IMG/VR virus record: IMGVR_UViG_3300042934_000463 | Location: 1-58,447 of that record | Length of the DNA: 58,447 nt | Strand: one strand, 5' to 3' | Source: a virus | Lineage: Duplodnaviria; Caudoviricetes | Shown here: positions 8,708-19,400 of the stretch, piece after piece | How positions within the stretch are numbered: position 1 is the first letter of the stretch | Layout of the letters: each line of letters starts with the position of its first letter | Notes under the pieces: generated by a model | The model's database searches: none | Told to the model about the DNA's origin: nothing | The model's input: the letters and a program-made list of their open reading frames with translations, nothing else | Made by a program: the position numbers and the translations under genes

Positions 8708-11516
8708 CTCCTCCTAGGATTTCTTCATCCAATTTCTTTTTAAGGAATTTATACATTCTCTCTAATTCACTATCTGGAATTTTTCCATCCTCAGAATTAA
8801 CCTGAATAATGAAAGTGTTATTATTGGTAGTATCACCAACACTAGTAACTGAGTTATTATTACTTTGATTTAAAAGGTCTTGGGTTTTATCAGCAGGGAT
8901 AACTCTAGAGCCTGGATCTAAATCAGTTATAGTTGGACCTGTAACTAACTCAGGACCTCTCTCACCTATCATAGCCCTACCACCCAACCAGTTATTAGTA
9001 CCTTTTGCTAAGAATGGTATATGACTTATATTGGGTCTAAAACTCTTACCTGCCCCTAAAAAATCAGGAACCCAATCAGGTATATCTATACCTATACTAT
9101 TAATACCATCAATAGCTCCATTAATTAGAGATATTACAGCATTAAGGGGAATTTTAATTATACCCACTAAGCCATTGAAAATACCTTTAAATATCTCTAC
9201 TACACCTTCCCAAGCTTTGCCCCAATGTCCTGTGAATACACCTACTACAAAGTCAATTAGTCCTCCAAATATTTGAACTAAACCAGTAAATATCTGAGAC
9301 ACATTATTAAATATTGCAATAAAAGTATTATAAAATATTGGCCACAAGTATTGAACCCAGGATATAATATTTTGTATAGCTGGATATAGAATAGTATTCC
9401 ATACCTCATTAATGAGTATAAAGGCAGTTTCTACTACACTTGCAATAACGGGGAATATCTCATTAAAGGTTTGATAAAGTGCAGGTAGAAGGTCTTCAAC
9501 AAAGGCATTAAAAGCCGCTTCCATCATTGGCATTACATCTTCAACTATGATATTTACAACGTCTGAAATAATGGGTAATATATAAGTTTGAAAAGCTTCA
9601 ATTACTGAAGCTACAAAAGGAGCAAATATAAAACTATAGGCATTTATAAACCATGTAGCTATGGGCATTAATACATCTAAGACCATATCCACAAATTTGA
9701 AAATTCCAGGTAAAACCTGATCCATTAATATATCCCCTAAACCGGACACAAGGTTTATAAAGGGGTCTAACATCTCAGCAGTACCCATTATAATACTCAT
9801 TAGGCCAGAGGATAAAAACCCTGATAGTTTATCAATGGTGTTACTTACAAAGGGAGCAAGAGTATCCTCATAGAAACTCAAGAACCAACCATTCATTTTA
9901 TCTAAGAGAGGTAAAACCATATCCAGTAGAGTGGTTAATCCAGGAGTTACTACATTTAAAAGCATACTTCCTAAATTTTGGGCTCCTTTTACCATGGAAT
10001 CAAACATAACTCCAGTACTTTTAACTATTACTTCCACATTGTTTTGTATGAGGGGTATTAGTTTATCTTCAAAAAGGTCAGAGAGTTGGTCATACATCTG
10101 AGTTACAAATCTTTGAAAAGCTGGTATTCCTTGTTGAATAACTATGTCAGCTTTATCAGTAAAAGTATACCAACCATCCAGAAATTTATCAGATAGTTGA
10201 GATCCCAAATCATCACCAAATATATACATTATTTGCTCACCAATATTTTCTTTAAAAGCCTGGAAGGCAGTATCAACACCATCTCCAGGATTAGCTATTA
10301 GGTTTTTAACCCCTTGGACAAAATTACTTCCCAGTCTATAGCCTGCTTCAAAAAAGCTACCAGTCATATTGATTATATCCTTAACAATGAATTTACCATA
10401 CTCAGCTATTAAGCTCATACCATTTAATATAGCATCGGATACTTTTTGAACATATGGTGCAAGAGCATCTCCTAAGTCTAGAAGAGCTACCTTTGTTCTA
10501 ACCTTAATTCTTTCCCATGTTCTTGCAATACCCTTATCCATAATCTGATAAGCTGCTTCTGTAGAACCTGCAGCATTATTCATGGCATCAGAAAATTTAG
10601 TAAACATGGCCGCACCATTTTCAGAGGTTAATAATTGGGCAGCACTAGCAGCTTCAACAGAACCAAATAGGTCTCCAATATTTCCTCCGGTTTCTAGAGC
10701 TTTCTTATTCATGATGGATAAAGCTTCCTGAACAGTTCCTCCAGCAGCCACAAAGTCTCTAAATCCTTTACCCGATAGTTCTTTGAACATATCAGCAGCT
10801 TTTTGGCCTGGCTTAGCTAATTCATCTAACATTGATCTTATTTTAGTGGTTGATTCAGCAGTTCTAACACCTTGTGCTGTAGTAGTAGCTAACATAGCTC
10901 CTACCTGTTCAAAGCTTACTCCAGCTGCTTTAGCACTTGGTAACACATTAGCCATTGAGGCAGATAATTCCTCAAATCGAGTCTTACCTAATTTAACTGT
11001 TTGGAACATGATATCCGAAGCTCTTTCAGCAGATATAACATTACTGCCATAGGTATTAGTTACAGTGGTTAGAGAATCCACTGCAACTTTAGCTTCAGTA
11101 ACTCCAGCTATTGCAGCTTTTTGTGCAGTAGCTAGAAAATCAAATACATTATCTGCTGGTACTCCAGCTGATAGAGCTTCATATAAAGCAGGTACTACTT
11201 TTTCTGGTAATACACCCATATCTAAAGCTAACATTTTTACTTTTTCCCCAATGTTACCTATAGCTTTAGCTGAATCATCATCTAATAAAGTATTTACTTC
11301 ATTAATACCTTTCTCAAATTGAGCAAAGTCTATAGTAGCCTTGGTTGAGGCGGCTACCGCAGCTGCTCCTATAGCAGCAAAGGAAACAGCAGCTACACTA
11401 CCTATCTTACTAAATATACCAGAGGTTTCTTCTCCAGCTCTTCCCATATTTTTTAACTTATCACTAACCTCATCTTTAGCTCCAAAAATTGCAGTTAATT
11501 TTTTACTAAGGGACAT
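8685..11516 (-). CDS. Tape measure protein
   Basis: 943 aa, Ala-rich TP901-type N-terminal region, amphipathic repeats, C-term IPFLAKG...GERGPELV. Confidence 0.93.
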   Translation of the reverse strand: MSLSKKLTAIFGAKDEVSDKLKNMGRAGEETSGIFSKIGSVAAVSFAAIGAAAVAASTKATIDFAQFEKGINEVNTLLDDDSAKAIGNIGEKVKMLALDMGVLPEKVVPALYEALSAGVPADNVFDFLATAQKAAIAGVTEAKVAVDSLTTVTNTYGSNVISAERASDIMFQTVKLGKTRFEELSASMANVLPSAKAAGVSFEQVGAMLATTTAQGVRTAESTTKIRSMLDELAKPGQKAADMFKELSGKGFRDFVAAGGTVQEALSIMNKKALETGGNIGDLFGSVEAASAAQLLTSENGAAMFTKFSDAMNNAAGSTEAAYQIMDKGIARTWERIKVRTKVALLDLGDALAPYVQKVSDAILNGMSLIAEYGKFIVKDIINMTGSFFEAGYRLGSNFVQGVKNLIANPGDGVDTAFQAFKENIGEQIMYIFGDDLGSQLSDKFLDGWYTFTDKADIVIQQGIPAFQRFVTQMYDQLSDLFEDKLIPLIQNNVEVIVKSTGVMFDSMVKGAQNLGSMLLNVVTPGLTTLLDMVLPLLDKMNGWFLSFYEDTLAPFVSNTIDKLSGFLSSGLMSIIMGTAEMLDPFINLVSGLGDILMDQVLPGIFKFVDMVLDVLMPIATWFINAYSFIFAPFVASVIEAFQTYILPIISDVVNIIVEDVMPMMEAAFNAFVEDLLPALYQTFNEIFPVIASVVETAFILINEVWNTILYPAIQNIISWVQYLWPIFYNTFIAIFNNVSQIFTGLVQIFGGLIDFVVGVFTGHWGKAWEGVVEIFKGIFNGLVGIIKIPLNAVISLINGAIDGINSIGIDIPDWVPDFLGAGKSFRPNISHIPFLAKGTNNWLGGRAMIGERGPELVTGPTITDLDPGSRVIPADKTQDLLNQSNNNSVTSVGDTTNNNTFIIQVNSEDGKIPDSELERMYKFLKKKLDEEILGGGGGLYDY

Positions 11517-11527
11517 TTATTCACCCC

Positions 11528-11695
11528 CTATTTTTTAGGTTTAGGTTTATTTTCCTCATTAATAATTTCGGAGGCAATTAAATAAGCTCTTTTCCTAGAA
11601 GAAAGAGCGATGAATACCTCAGGGTCCATGTTATGCTTTTGCCACATAACGTGAGCCCATACTGCTAGGTAGTCACCGCTCTTTATTAGTTTTTT
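11528..11695 (-). CDS. -1 frameshift extension of the tail chaperone (gpGT)
   Basis: A AAA AAC heptamer at 11695..11689; the -1 frame stays open (LIKSGDYLAVWAHVMWQKHNMDPEVF...KPKPKK) to TAG at 11530..11528, just before the TMP RBS. Confidence 0.85.
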   Translation of the reverse strand, partial: KKLIKSGDYLAVWAHVMWQKHNMDPEVFIALSSRKRAYLIASEIINEENKPKPKK

Positions 11696-12135
11696 GCTTC
11701 TTCAGTTAGGGATTCCTCATCATCACTCTCGGAAAGACCATTGACTGCCATTACTTCTTTAGATATTCTAGAGAAGTCTCCTGGCCTATTTAGGGTCTTT
11801 TTTAGTAATTCCACAGGATCTAAAATTTGTTCTTTCTTTAACCAAGATTCATCCTTAAAATTAGGATAAACAATACTATCCACCATAATATCATAGGTTA
11901 CTCTATTTTCATCTATGTTTCTGGTCTTTACTTTCTTTTTAGTTGTTACTGTAGTATTACTCTTGGTTATTTCCTCTAATCTTTCAGTGGTAATACTTTT
12001 AATTACCCAAGGAATTTTATCCCCTTTTTTGAACCCCTCTCCATCACATGGGAATCTGAACTTATTTATACCTTCTATTTCAATTTCTTCTATTTCAATT
12101 TCTTCTGCATCCATGAAAAAACTCATATCTCTCAT
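11686..12135 (-). CDS. Tail assembly chaperone (XkdN-like, gpG)
   Basis: Between tube and TMP; IVYPNFKD motif; ends EEAKN over a slippery heptamer. Confidence 0.88.
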   Translation of the reverse strand: MRDMSFFMDAEEIEIEEIEIEGINKFRFPCDGEGFKKGDKIPWVIKSITTERLEEITKSNTTVTTKKKVKTRNIDENRVTYDIMVDSIVYPNFKDESWLKKEQILDPVELLKKTLNRPGDFSRISKEVMAVNGLSESDDEESLTEEAKN

Positions 12136-12166
12136 GTTTAATAATCCCCTCTCTTAATTTATTAGA

Positions 12167-12604
12167 TTATAAAAATCTTACTTCAGCTGCACTAAAGCTT
12201 ATTTCTTCTTGAACTTCTTCACCTTCTGAGTCTATATCAATTAAAGGAAGATCTCCTTCTAATTGAACCCCTATAAATTGTATTCTAGCTTCTCCATACT
12301 GTTTATAGTAATCTGAGTCTTTATCATCCATTACAGCTTGAATATCTAATTTAGGGAATATACCCGTTGCTAAATATTGTTTAATTAAGTCTCTTATGAA
12401 AGGTGTATTTTTAAATTGGGTTAAAGTTCCAGTTATCTCATACCCTATAACTTTAGGGGTAGTACCTCTTTGACCCACAACTCTTTTTTTAGAAACTTCA
12501 GGAGTAAATATAGCATTTAATTTAACTAAGCTTGTAACTTGTTTTCCACCAATAAATGCTCTACCTTCTCTAGCACTCATTCTGTTAATTGTTGTAACAG
12601 CCAT
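12167..12604 (-). CDS. Tail tube protein (XkdM-like)
   Basis: 145 aa following sheath; REGRAFI, ITGTLT and EEISFS motifs. Confidence 0.9.
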   Translation of the reverse strand: MAVTTINRMSAREGRAFIGGKQVTSLVKLNAIFTPEVSKKRVVGQRGTTPKVIGYEITGTLTQFKNTPFIRDLIKQYLATGIFPKLDIQAVMDDKDSDYYKQYGEARIQFIGVQLEGDLPLIDIDSEGEEVQEEISFSAAEVRFL

Positions 12605-12617
12605 CTAACATTCCTCC

Positions 12618-13964
12618 TTATGCAGTTTGTATGGTTACATAGTATTTCTTAAAGGTTCTTACTGGTTGAGCCCCAACAGTTAAGTATAGAGATTTACCAG
12701 TACTTCTTACAGTATCAGCTATAACATCGGTTTCAGGATCTATACCTTGTATAGCACCCTCTCTTTCCAAATCTTCTAATAGATTAAGCATATCTTGTTC
12801 AGCATGTTTAATACCATCAACATTATTTGGATATTTATTAGGTACTAATAGTTGAGATCCTAAATCAGCTATAGCATCTAGAGTGGCAATAAATTTATTA
12901 TCAGTATAATCTTCTCCCCAATCACTTGTGAAAGTATGAAAGGAATTAAGATCTTCTTCAACTCTAACTTTTATATTTTCATCTGGATTAGTGGAAGCAC
13001 CTTCAACTACAGTTGTAAACATAAAGTGGCCTGTTTTTAATCCCTGAATTATTTGCTCATTTGTCAATCTTGGGTTAGCATCTATAGCTCCAACATATTG
13101 CTTATGAGTAATATCTACAAGGTAGCCTGCTGCAGCTCTTGCTCCAGCTACCCAAGCAACGGACTGTTTAGCACTTAATAGAGTTCCATTGGACAATTTA
13201 ACCCCATTAGTAACATTAATGATATATGGATAGTCAAAATCAAAATTAGCAGATACACCAATAACATTCTTACCAATCTCTTGTCTTAGATATCTAATTT
13301 GAGATAAGAAAGCAGCTTGTAAAGTTGAATCATCGAAAGGAAAAGCAAGAGTTTTAAAATTATATAATTCACAATTTGATAAAAACTCAGTTATATCGGA
13401 ATTAACTATGGCATTACTAGAACCTCCAGCAAATTGAGATTTAGCAGTTGCAGTTAATGCTCCAGTACCTGTTTTAGTAAACCATATTGAGGATGGTAGA
13501 TCAGCAACAGTAGCTACTCCGGTTGCTTTATATATTTGGGTATTTTCAACATATACTTCTACATCGAACCCACTAATAACATTGGTCTTTACTATTAAGT
13601 AAAAATCATTTCCTCTAGCTCCAGCTTGTTTTAGAGTTAAAGTTAAGTTACCAGCAGTTACAGATGCAGAACTACCTGTATTTAAAACATATCCTAATAC
13701 AGTTGTAGCTTCTTTTAAAGCTTCTCTTACCAAAAGCATAGCACTATGGGATAGGTCATACCCCAGTTTGAAGAATTGCTCATCATCTAAATTGGATGTA
13801 ATGTTTATTACATCTCCCTTAGTACCCCACTTTGAATCTATGAGGGGTAACATAATTACACCAGTATTAGTTAATCCTACAGATACTTTTCCAGATCCTG
13901 TATATCTGGTGTAAAAACCTGGTCTAGTTTTTTCTTGTCCACTGACAAAAGTTCCACCTGCCAT
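12618..13964 (-). CDS. Contractile tail sheath protein (XkdK-like)
   Basis: MAGGTF...K.RPGFY N-terminus, WVAGA, EEDLNSF, KKYY.T.; defines myovirus morphology. Confidence 0.95.
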   Translation of the reverse strand: MAGGTFVSGQEKTRPGFYTRYTGSGKVSVGLTNTGVIMLPLIDSKWGTKGDVINITSNLDDEQFFKLGYDLSHSAMLLVREALKEATTVLGYVLNTGSSASVTAGNLTLTLKQAGARGNDFYLIVKTNVISGFDVEVYVENTQIYKATGVATVADLPSSIWFTKTGTGALTATAKSQFAGGSSNAIVNSDITEFLSNCELYNFKTLAFPFDDSTLQAAFLSQIRYLRQEIGKNVIGVSANFDFDYPYIINVTNGVKLSNGTLLSAKQSVAWVAGARAAAGYLVDITHKQYVGAIDANPRLTNEQIIQGLKTGHFMFTTVVEGASTNPDENIKVRVEEDLNSFHTFTSDWGEDYTDNKFIATLDAIADLGSQLLVPNKYPNNVDGIKHAEQDMLNLLEDLEREGAIQGIDPETDVIADTVRSTGKSLYLTVGAQPVRTFKKYYVTIQTA

Positions 13965-14146
13965 TATTTAACCTCCCTTTTTAAAAATTCTTCAATTAAC
14001 TCTTTAGCATCAGATACAGTTATAGTCTCTATGGGATCTTTTCTATATAAGGCTCCCTCAACTACAATCTTACTAACACCAAAAAGTTGTTTTGAGTTAT
14101 CAATTATGTCTTTAAGTGGAAAGGAATTTTCTCTTTTCTTAGACAA
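13964..14146 (-). CDS. Small YqzN/YkzM-like virion-module protein
   Basis: LFGVS..VVEGAL...IEEFLKREV pattern upstream of sheath as in PBSX/skin elements. Confidence 0.7.
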   Translation of the reverse strand: MSKKRENSFPLKDIIDNSKQLFGVSKIVVEGALYRKDPIETITVSDAKELIEEFLKREVK

Positions 14147-14152
14147 ATCACA

Positions 14153-14605
14153 TCACTCCTTTAAGTAACTTTCCACAGTTAGTTTGTCAAAATATTCTAT
14201 TGGCTCATCTAGAGATTTTAATACATTGTGCCATTGAATAGCCACTTGGGAAACTCCATTATCTATTTTACTACTAGTACATTTGTCTAGCTTTAAATAT
14301 GAACTATCTAGACTGCCATTAACCCTGATTATTGGAACCTTTAGATTCTGACTATATAAATTTAAACATACATCATCGGCTACCTCCATGGCTTGGGTAG
14401 TAGTATTGTGAAATATATTTATATACACAACATAGTCTCTTCTAAAGGTATCCACTGAGTCAAAGGTATTATCAACACTTTCTGGAAAAGGTATATATAA
14501 AGAAGGAGTTTCAAATTCTTCAGGAACATCATCTAGATATACTTTTTCTATACCACAAATATCAATTAAGTTTCTAGCTATTGAAGCTATTTGTTGTTCA
14601 ATCAT
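14153..14605 (-). CDS. Tail terminator (XkdJ-like)
   Basis: VYLDDVPEEFETPSLY motif; synteny. Confidence 0.75.
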   Translation of the reverse strand: MIEQQIASIARNLIDICGIEKVYLDDVPEEFETPSLYIPFPESVDNTFDSVDTFRRDYVVYINIFHNTTTQAMEVADDVCLNLYSQNLKVPIIRVNGSLDSSYLKLDKCTSSKIDNGVSQVAIQWHNVLKSLDEPIEYFDKLTVESYLKE

Positions 14606-14614
14606 ATATACCTC

Positions 14615-15124
14615 CTAAAAGTATTTTATTAACCATTCTTCTAATTTCTTTTCTAGAGTTTTACCAAATATTTTCTCAAAGATAATTTGAGCACTATCCC
14701 AATAGTGGTAGCCTTTGACAAATTGTTGTCTTAAAAGCATACCAGTTTTAGCACCCCTTTTATACTCAAATTTATCTCCTCTCCATTCTCCTGGAACCCA
14801 TCGAGTTTCAACTCCTTTGGGATTAGTCCAATGGCCATTATTTACAGCTTCAGCATATTTTACATTTGTTCCTACCTCAAGAGTAAGACCCCCATTGCTA
14901 GTTATCCAAACATTTGAACTAGTTCCTTTCTCAAAAGAATTAAATAGCAATCTAGTATCTACTACACCTTTCCTTTTTATTTCATCTTGTACAATGTCTA
15001 AAAGCTCAAAGCCCAAAGCTTCATACCATAACCCAATTTCTTTTTTAAACTCAGAATTACCCGCCTTAATCATTTTCTTGAAGAAGTCTTTATATTCCTT
15101 GGTGTCTATTTTAACACTAGACAT
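14615..15124 (-). CDS. HK97 gp10-like neck / tail completion protein
   Basis: VDTRLL.NS, EVGTNVKYA.AVN.GH and FVKG.H motifs. Confidence 0.88.
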   Translation of the reverse strand: MSSVKIDTKEYKDFFKKMIKAGNSEFKKEIGLWYEALGFELLDIVQDEIKRKGVVDTRLLFNSFEKGTSSNVWITSNGGLTLEVGTNVKYAEAVNNGHWTNPKGVETRWVPGEWRGDKFEYKRGAKTGMLLRQQFVKGYHYWDSAQIIFEKIFGKTLEKKLEEWLIKYF

Positions 15125-15476
15125 ATTGTCTCTCCATGAATAGTTGTATTTTTAAATGGCTGTTTCTGATATTTCTGGGTTTTTGGGCATAATAGATTAG
15201 ACTTGTTTCTTTATCTATAACCTTGTCATTGAATCGTATGTCTGTATCTAAGGGGCATAGTAAAGTAACATCATGGTTAATATTCCTCTGTGGCTCAGAT
15301 ATGGTTATCGTTTCCACTGGGTGAACATTAAAGTGGCAAATTATGTCTACTAAATCAGGCTCTTCATTATATTTATATTCTTTTGAAGTAGTGGAAGGTA
15401 GACCATATTTTGGAGGATTATCTACTATATCAAAATGGTAAATATCACATTTATGATTGAATAGATCCTCTATCAT
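15117..15476 (-). CDS. Head closure protein (XkdH/YqbH-like)
   Basis: HKCDIYH, YGLP, DIRFND and PRNIRN motifs. Confidence 0.8.
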   Translation of the reverse strand: MIEDLFNHKCDIYHFDIVDNPPKYGLPSTTSKEYKYNEEPDLVDIICHFNVHPVETITISEPQRNINHDVTLLCPLDTDIRFNDKVIDKETSLIYYAQKPRNIRNSHLKIQLFMERQYV

Positions 15477-15862
15477 AGTAGCCTCATTTTAAATGATACA
15501 GGATTAGGGGTATTTTCAATTTTTAAAAATTCCTTAACTAATCCAGTAACATCTGGCATGGATATTTCAGCTTTTTGGTAGGTATAATCATCTAAAGTCT
15601 CGGAGGATACTCCAGCGTTTTTTTGAGATATGGCTCTTAAAGCAAAATACTCTGCTAACATAATTAGAGCTAATTTTGCTTTAGATGGGAAGGGGTTCAT
15701 ATCTTTAATAATCTGAAAATCCTTATTGTTTTCAATGAATATTCTCTCAAGTTCAGATTCAGCTTGCACAATATCAAATTCTAGTTTGGTAGTTTGTCTT
15801 AAACTTACTTTTGAGTTTTCAGTATAGTCTATTATATCTTGAGGAATGATTAAGGGATCCAT
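15473..15862 (-). CDS. Head-tail adaptor (YqbG-like)
   Basis: DIVQAE, KLALIMLAEYFA and SETLDDYTY motifs. Confidence 0.8.
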   Translation of the reverse strand: MDPLIIPQDIIDYTENSKVSLRQTTKLEFDIVQAESELERIFIENNKDFQIIKDMNPFPSKAKLALIMLAEYFALRAISQKNAGVSSETLDDYTYQKAEISMPDVTGLVKEFLKIENTPNPVSFKMRLL

Positions 15863-15866
15863 AATT

Positions 15867-16205
15867 CTATTCCTCCTCTACATTTTCTCCTGAAATTTTC
15901 TCAATCTCTTCTTGGGCTTTTCTTATCATATACATGATTTTACCTCTACCCAATTTATCAACATTTTTTAATTGAATACCCAAATCAACAGCTAATTGCA
16001 CTAATTCCTTTTTGCTTAAGCCTTCCATATTGGTTTCAGGTTCCAATTCTTCTGAACCTTCCTCAACTAAAATGGGGTAGTCCTGGCCTTGTAAATAGGC
16101 CAGATTTTCTTTACTTACTAACTCCCATCTGTGAGGAACTATTTTATGAGATCCTAGGTAGAGTATATTCATACCTTTAGAATCATCAAGCTTAACCTTT
16201 GGCAT
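15867..16205 (-). CDS. Hypothetical head-associated protein with a HeH/Rho-N-like motif
   Basis: RBS GAGGAGG; LSKKELVQLAVDLGIQ motif; directly after the capsid gene. Confidence 0.6.
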   Translation of the reverse strand: MPKVKLDDSKGMNILYLGSHKIVPHRWELVSKENLAYLQGQDYPILVEEGSEELEPETNMEGLSKKELVQLAVDLGIQLKNVDKLGRGKIMYMIRKAQEEIEKISGENVEEE

Positions 16206-16225
16206 AATAGTACCTCCTCACTTTA

Positions 16226-17167
16226 TTAGTCTTTTATTTTAGTTATTTTTACTACTGCATCTTCTTCTTCAAATTTAACATCCATTTTTAAAGTAAGCAC
16301 AATGTAGCTAGCTCTTTCTCTTGGTTTTCTTTCAGTTTCTATTCTTATGTCTCTTGATATACCTACTATTATATTTTGAGGGTTAACTAATAGAGCATCT
16401 GAAACATCTATACCAGAACCATTATCATAAGCATCTAACATAGCTATACCCTTAACTGGTATACCATAAGCTGGTTTTACTGAGGCATTTAAGAAAGAAT
16501 CATCCCCATTTTGACCAACTCTTTCTCCAACTACATCAGTCCACTCAGTTTCAGTATTGTATGATACATAGAATCTTGAGTCAGAAGCATTTCTTAAATA
16601 CTTTTTAGGCATAGCCTTTTTAGCATTTTTGAATATGTCCTTTCCTAATGCAGCTGAAGCGGCATCTACTATATGAGCTGTTGCTTGTTTCTTTAAACCA
16701 TTTAATTGTTTTAAGAAAAGATCACTAGAAGCAGTATCTCCTTTAACCACAATTTCTTCCATATCTAATGCAACTCTTTTAGCAAGTAAAGACATGATAG
16801 TATCTTCTATAGAAGTTCCTTCAATGTTATTCTCTATAGTATCATCAGTGATCTTTACAACTGCTATAAATTCTTTAGCATTAAGCTCTACAGTTCCTGT
16901 AGTTGGAGCTGAGTAGTTTGATTCTCCTGGATCTGTTCCTTCCACCCCTGGGTGAAGTACTCTTTGACCAAATCCTATCTTCTCAATCTTTCTACTATCA
17001 CCGGTCATTTTAACGGTTCTAGCATCGTTTATTAGAGTAGGCTCATCAATTAAACTTTGAATAAAAGCATTAGCTTGTTCTGTATTTAATCTACCTCCAG
17101 TTGTAAGAGTATTTAAGTTAAATACTGCTTTAGAAATTAAGTCTCTATTTACTTTAACTTTAGCCAT
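16226..17167 (-). CDS. Major capsid protein (HK97 fold, XkdG-like)
   Basis: GGRLNTEQANAF, IEKIGFGQRVL, ENNIEG and FEEEDAVV motifs. Confidence 0.93.
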   Translation of the reverse strand: MAKVKVNRDLISKAVFNLNTLTTGGRLNTEQANAFIQSLIDEPTLINDARTVKMTGDSRKIEKIGFGQRVLHPGVEGTDPGESNYSAPTTGTVELNAKEFIAVVKITDDTIENNIEGTSIEDTIMSLLAKRVALDMEEIVVKGDTASSDLFLKQLNGLKKQATAHIVDAASAALGKDIFKNAKKAMPKKYLRNASDSRFYVSYNTETEWTDVVGERVGQNGDDSFLNASVKPAYGIPVKGIAMLDAYDNGSGIDVSDALLVNPQNIIVGISRDIRIETERKPRERASYIVLTLKMDVKFEEEDAVVKITKIKD

Positions 17168-17180
17168 TTACATATCCTCC

Positions 17181-18485
17181 CTATATTCCAGTGTTGCCAA
17201 AAATGCCTTTGTAGACACTTTTATTAACTGGTTCATTATCATCTTCGTCTTCTTCATCATCTTCATTGTCTAGAGCTTTAGATATACCTCTAGCTTTGTA
17301 TATTGGTTCCATAGCCTTTTCTACTGCCTTAGCAATTTTGTCCTCTATAGTTTCTTCTGGGGTTTCTTCAGCTTTAACAATTGGTTCCATTGCCTTAGCA
17401 ACTGCTTCAGCTATTTTCTCCTCAAGAGATTTTTCTACTGGTACTGGATCAGTAGCAGCTGATGGTGTAGGGTTTGGATTTTGTTGCATACCTTTTAATA
17501 CTAGGTCTGCTACTTTTTGAATATCTTCTGGTTTCACTTCTTCATCCTCCTCATTATCTTCAAAATTATTTTTAAAATTATTAATAGATTCCACAATGTT
17601 GTCTAGTGTAGCTTTATTAGCTCCAGACATCTTTTTGCCAGCTTTTTCTATTATAGCCTTAGAGGGTTCTAAAGCCTTTTCAATATCATCACTAGCTAAA
17701 GCTTCTTGGATAGCTTCACTAAAGTCTTTTAGTGATTGGGTTATTAGGTCTTTATCATTCTGGAAAACTGTATTCCATGACCAATTATCTGCATAGGGAA
17801 CTAGGATTGTTTCTAATACACTCCAAGCATTCCAGAATTTAGATGATTTATTTTTCTTATCCAATTCTTCTTGGAAACTTGTATCTGCAATAGGTTTTCC
17901 ATCCCAAGTAAAACCTAAAGCTTTGCCTATTTGAGAAAATATTTTTTGAGTTATGCTTTTTTCAATAGTTTCTAAATCAACATCTACAGTTGAGTAGTTT
18001 CCTTCTCCACCCATAGACCAACCAGTGATTTCGCCTTTTTCAATTTTTTCCCACAAGTTAGAATCAGTAACCTCTGCTTCAGCTAACCAAGTTCCAGCTT
18101 TTACAACAGTTCCATTAATTGTGGTGTCTTCTTCAACTACCCAGGATTTGGTAATGGTTATGCCTTCTTGAACACTATAATTGTGCTGTAAATCAGCTCC
18201 CTGTCCATTGGTATTAAACCAATCAGCAGCTTTTTTGATTTCCTCAGCAGTCATATAGTTGTCATGAGCATCTCCAACTAGGGGTTCATAGACTACACCT
18301 GTTATATAATGTTTCTCTTGTGAGTCCTCAAATTTGAGGATAGGGGCTTGTAATTTGAATCCAGGTTTACTTTTGTTATCTTTCGCTATTACCCATTCCC
18401 AGCCATTGGCTGCTTTATCCACAAGTGATAAAAAGGATATTTTAGCATCTGATATTTCTATTGACTTTTTAATTTTTTTGGACAT
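17181..18485 (-). CDS. Prohead protease (XkdF-like) with C-terminal scaffold-like region
   Basis: SLVDKAAN, GVVYEP...DAH and GEITGWSMGG motifs; acidic helical C-terminus. Confidence 0.88.
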   Translation of the reverse strand: MSKKIKKSIEISDAKISFLSLVDKAANGWEWVIAKDNKSKPGFKLQAPILKFEDSQEKHYITGVVYEPLVGDAHDNYMTAEEIKKAADWFNTNGQGADLQHNYSVQEGITITKSWVVEEDTTINGTVVKAGTWLAEAEVTDSNLWEKIEKGEITGWSMGGEGNYSTVDVDLETIEKSITQKIFSQIGKALGFTWDGKPIADTSFQEELDKKNKSSKFWNAWSVLETILVPYADNWSWNTVFQNDKDLITQSLKDFSEAIQEALASDDIEKALEPSKAIIEKAGKKMSGANKATLDNIVESINNFKNNFEDNEEDEEVKPEDIQKVADLVLKGMQQNPNPTPSAATDPVPVEKSLEEKIAEAVAKAMEPIVKAEETPEETIEDKIAKAVEKAMEPIYKARGISKALDNEDDEEDEDDNEPVNKSVYKGIFGNTGI

Positions 18486-18497
18486 TGTTTCACCTCC

Positions 18498-19400
18498 TTA
18501 TCCATATAGCTTATCAGCCTCGGCTATAGCTTCATCTCTTAACTTTATCTTTTCCTCTTTGGAAAGACCTAAGATATCTTCATCAACTACAGCAGAATGA
18601 GTACAATGGCATTCTACAGTTTCTGAGGCTGGCAAATTAGTATCTCTGGGAAACATAGCTTTAAAGGTTCCACTAGGAGCGTAAATGGTAAATTTACCAT
18701 TCTTCTTAATAGTAGTTCCATCTAAGGCTTCATGATGTTTTCTAGGATTTATGCCTTTCCCTCCTGAATGTTTCCACTGTACTTTTGTAACCACAGGAGA
18801 TTGTGTGAAAGCCTCATTTTTGGCATAGGAATGAGCTCTTAACATTTCAGTAATTGCAGTTCTTCTAGCTCTTAATCTACTAAAACAGTATGCATCTTCT
18901 AGGTCTGCAATTACATCTTGAACAGAATCTCCATTTTCTAAGGCTATATCTAAAATTTCCTGTAGTCTATCATGGGAAGCCAACTTCATTATTTCTCCAA
19001 GCTGTTCTGACCAATCATTTATAAAATTGGTAGTAGCTTTAGTGAACATTTCAAAGGGCACATCTTTATCCAGTAGTGCCATATAGGTTTTGGTTAGTTG
19101 TTCTAAAGTTATTTCTAACACTTGTTTGTTAGCTAGACCTATGGCAGCAGCAAAAGTATCTGAAGCCATAAGGTCTTGCTTAACATGATTTATATAATCA
19201 TTAAGTGAGGGGCTATTTCCATCATTAGAAAAGTGTTCTCTTTCCTTTTCCAATGCCTCTGCAAATTTATCCTCCAGAGCATTTATCTGCTCTACAGTAT
19301 ATGCAGTATCTGAGAATCCTTCACTTGCTAAAAGATCCGATAGATCATCATCTTCAGATTTTAATATAACATCAATGGCTTTTATTAAATCATTATACAT
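18498..19400 (-). CDS. Minor head morphogenesis protein (SPP1 gp7/Mu gpF family)
   Basis: RARRTAITE, W.H...PRKHH, FPRD..LP and CHC motifs; start moved to ATG 19400 behind an AAGGAG RBS. Confidence 0.88.
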   Translation of the reverse strand: MYNDLIKAIDVILKSEDDDLSDLLASEGFSDTAYTVEQINALEDKFAEALEKEREHFSNDGNSPSLNDYINHVKQDLMASDTFAAAIGLANKQVLEITLEQLTKTYMALLDKDVPFEMFTKATTNFINDWSEQLGEIMKLASHDRLQEILDIALENGDSVQDVIADLEDAYCFSRLRARRTAITEMLRAHSYAKNEAFTQSPVVTKVQWKHSGGKGINPRKHHEALDGTTIKKNGKFTIYAPSGTFKAMFPRDTNLPASETVECHCTHSAVVDEDILGLSKEEKIKLRDEAIAEADKLYG

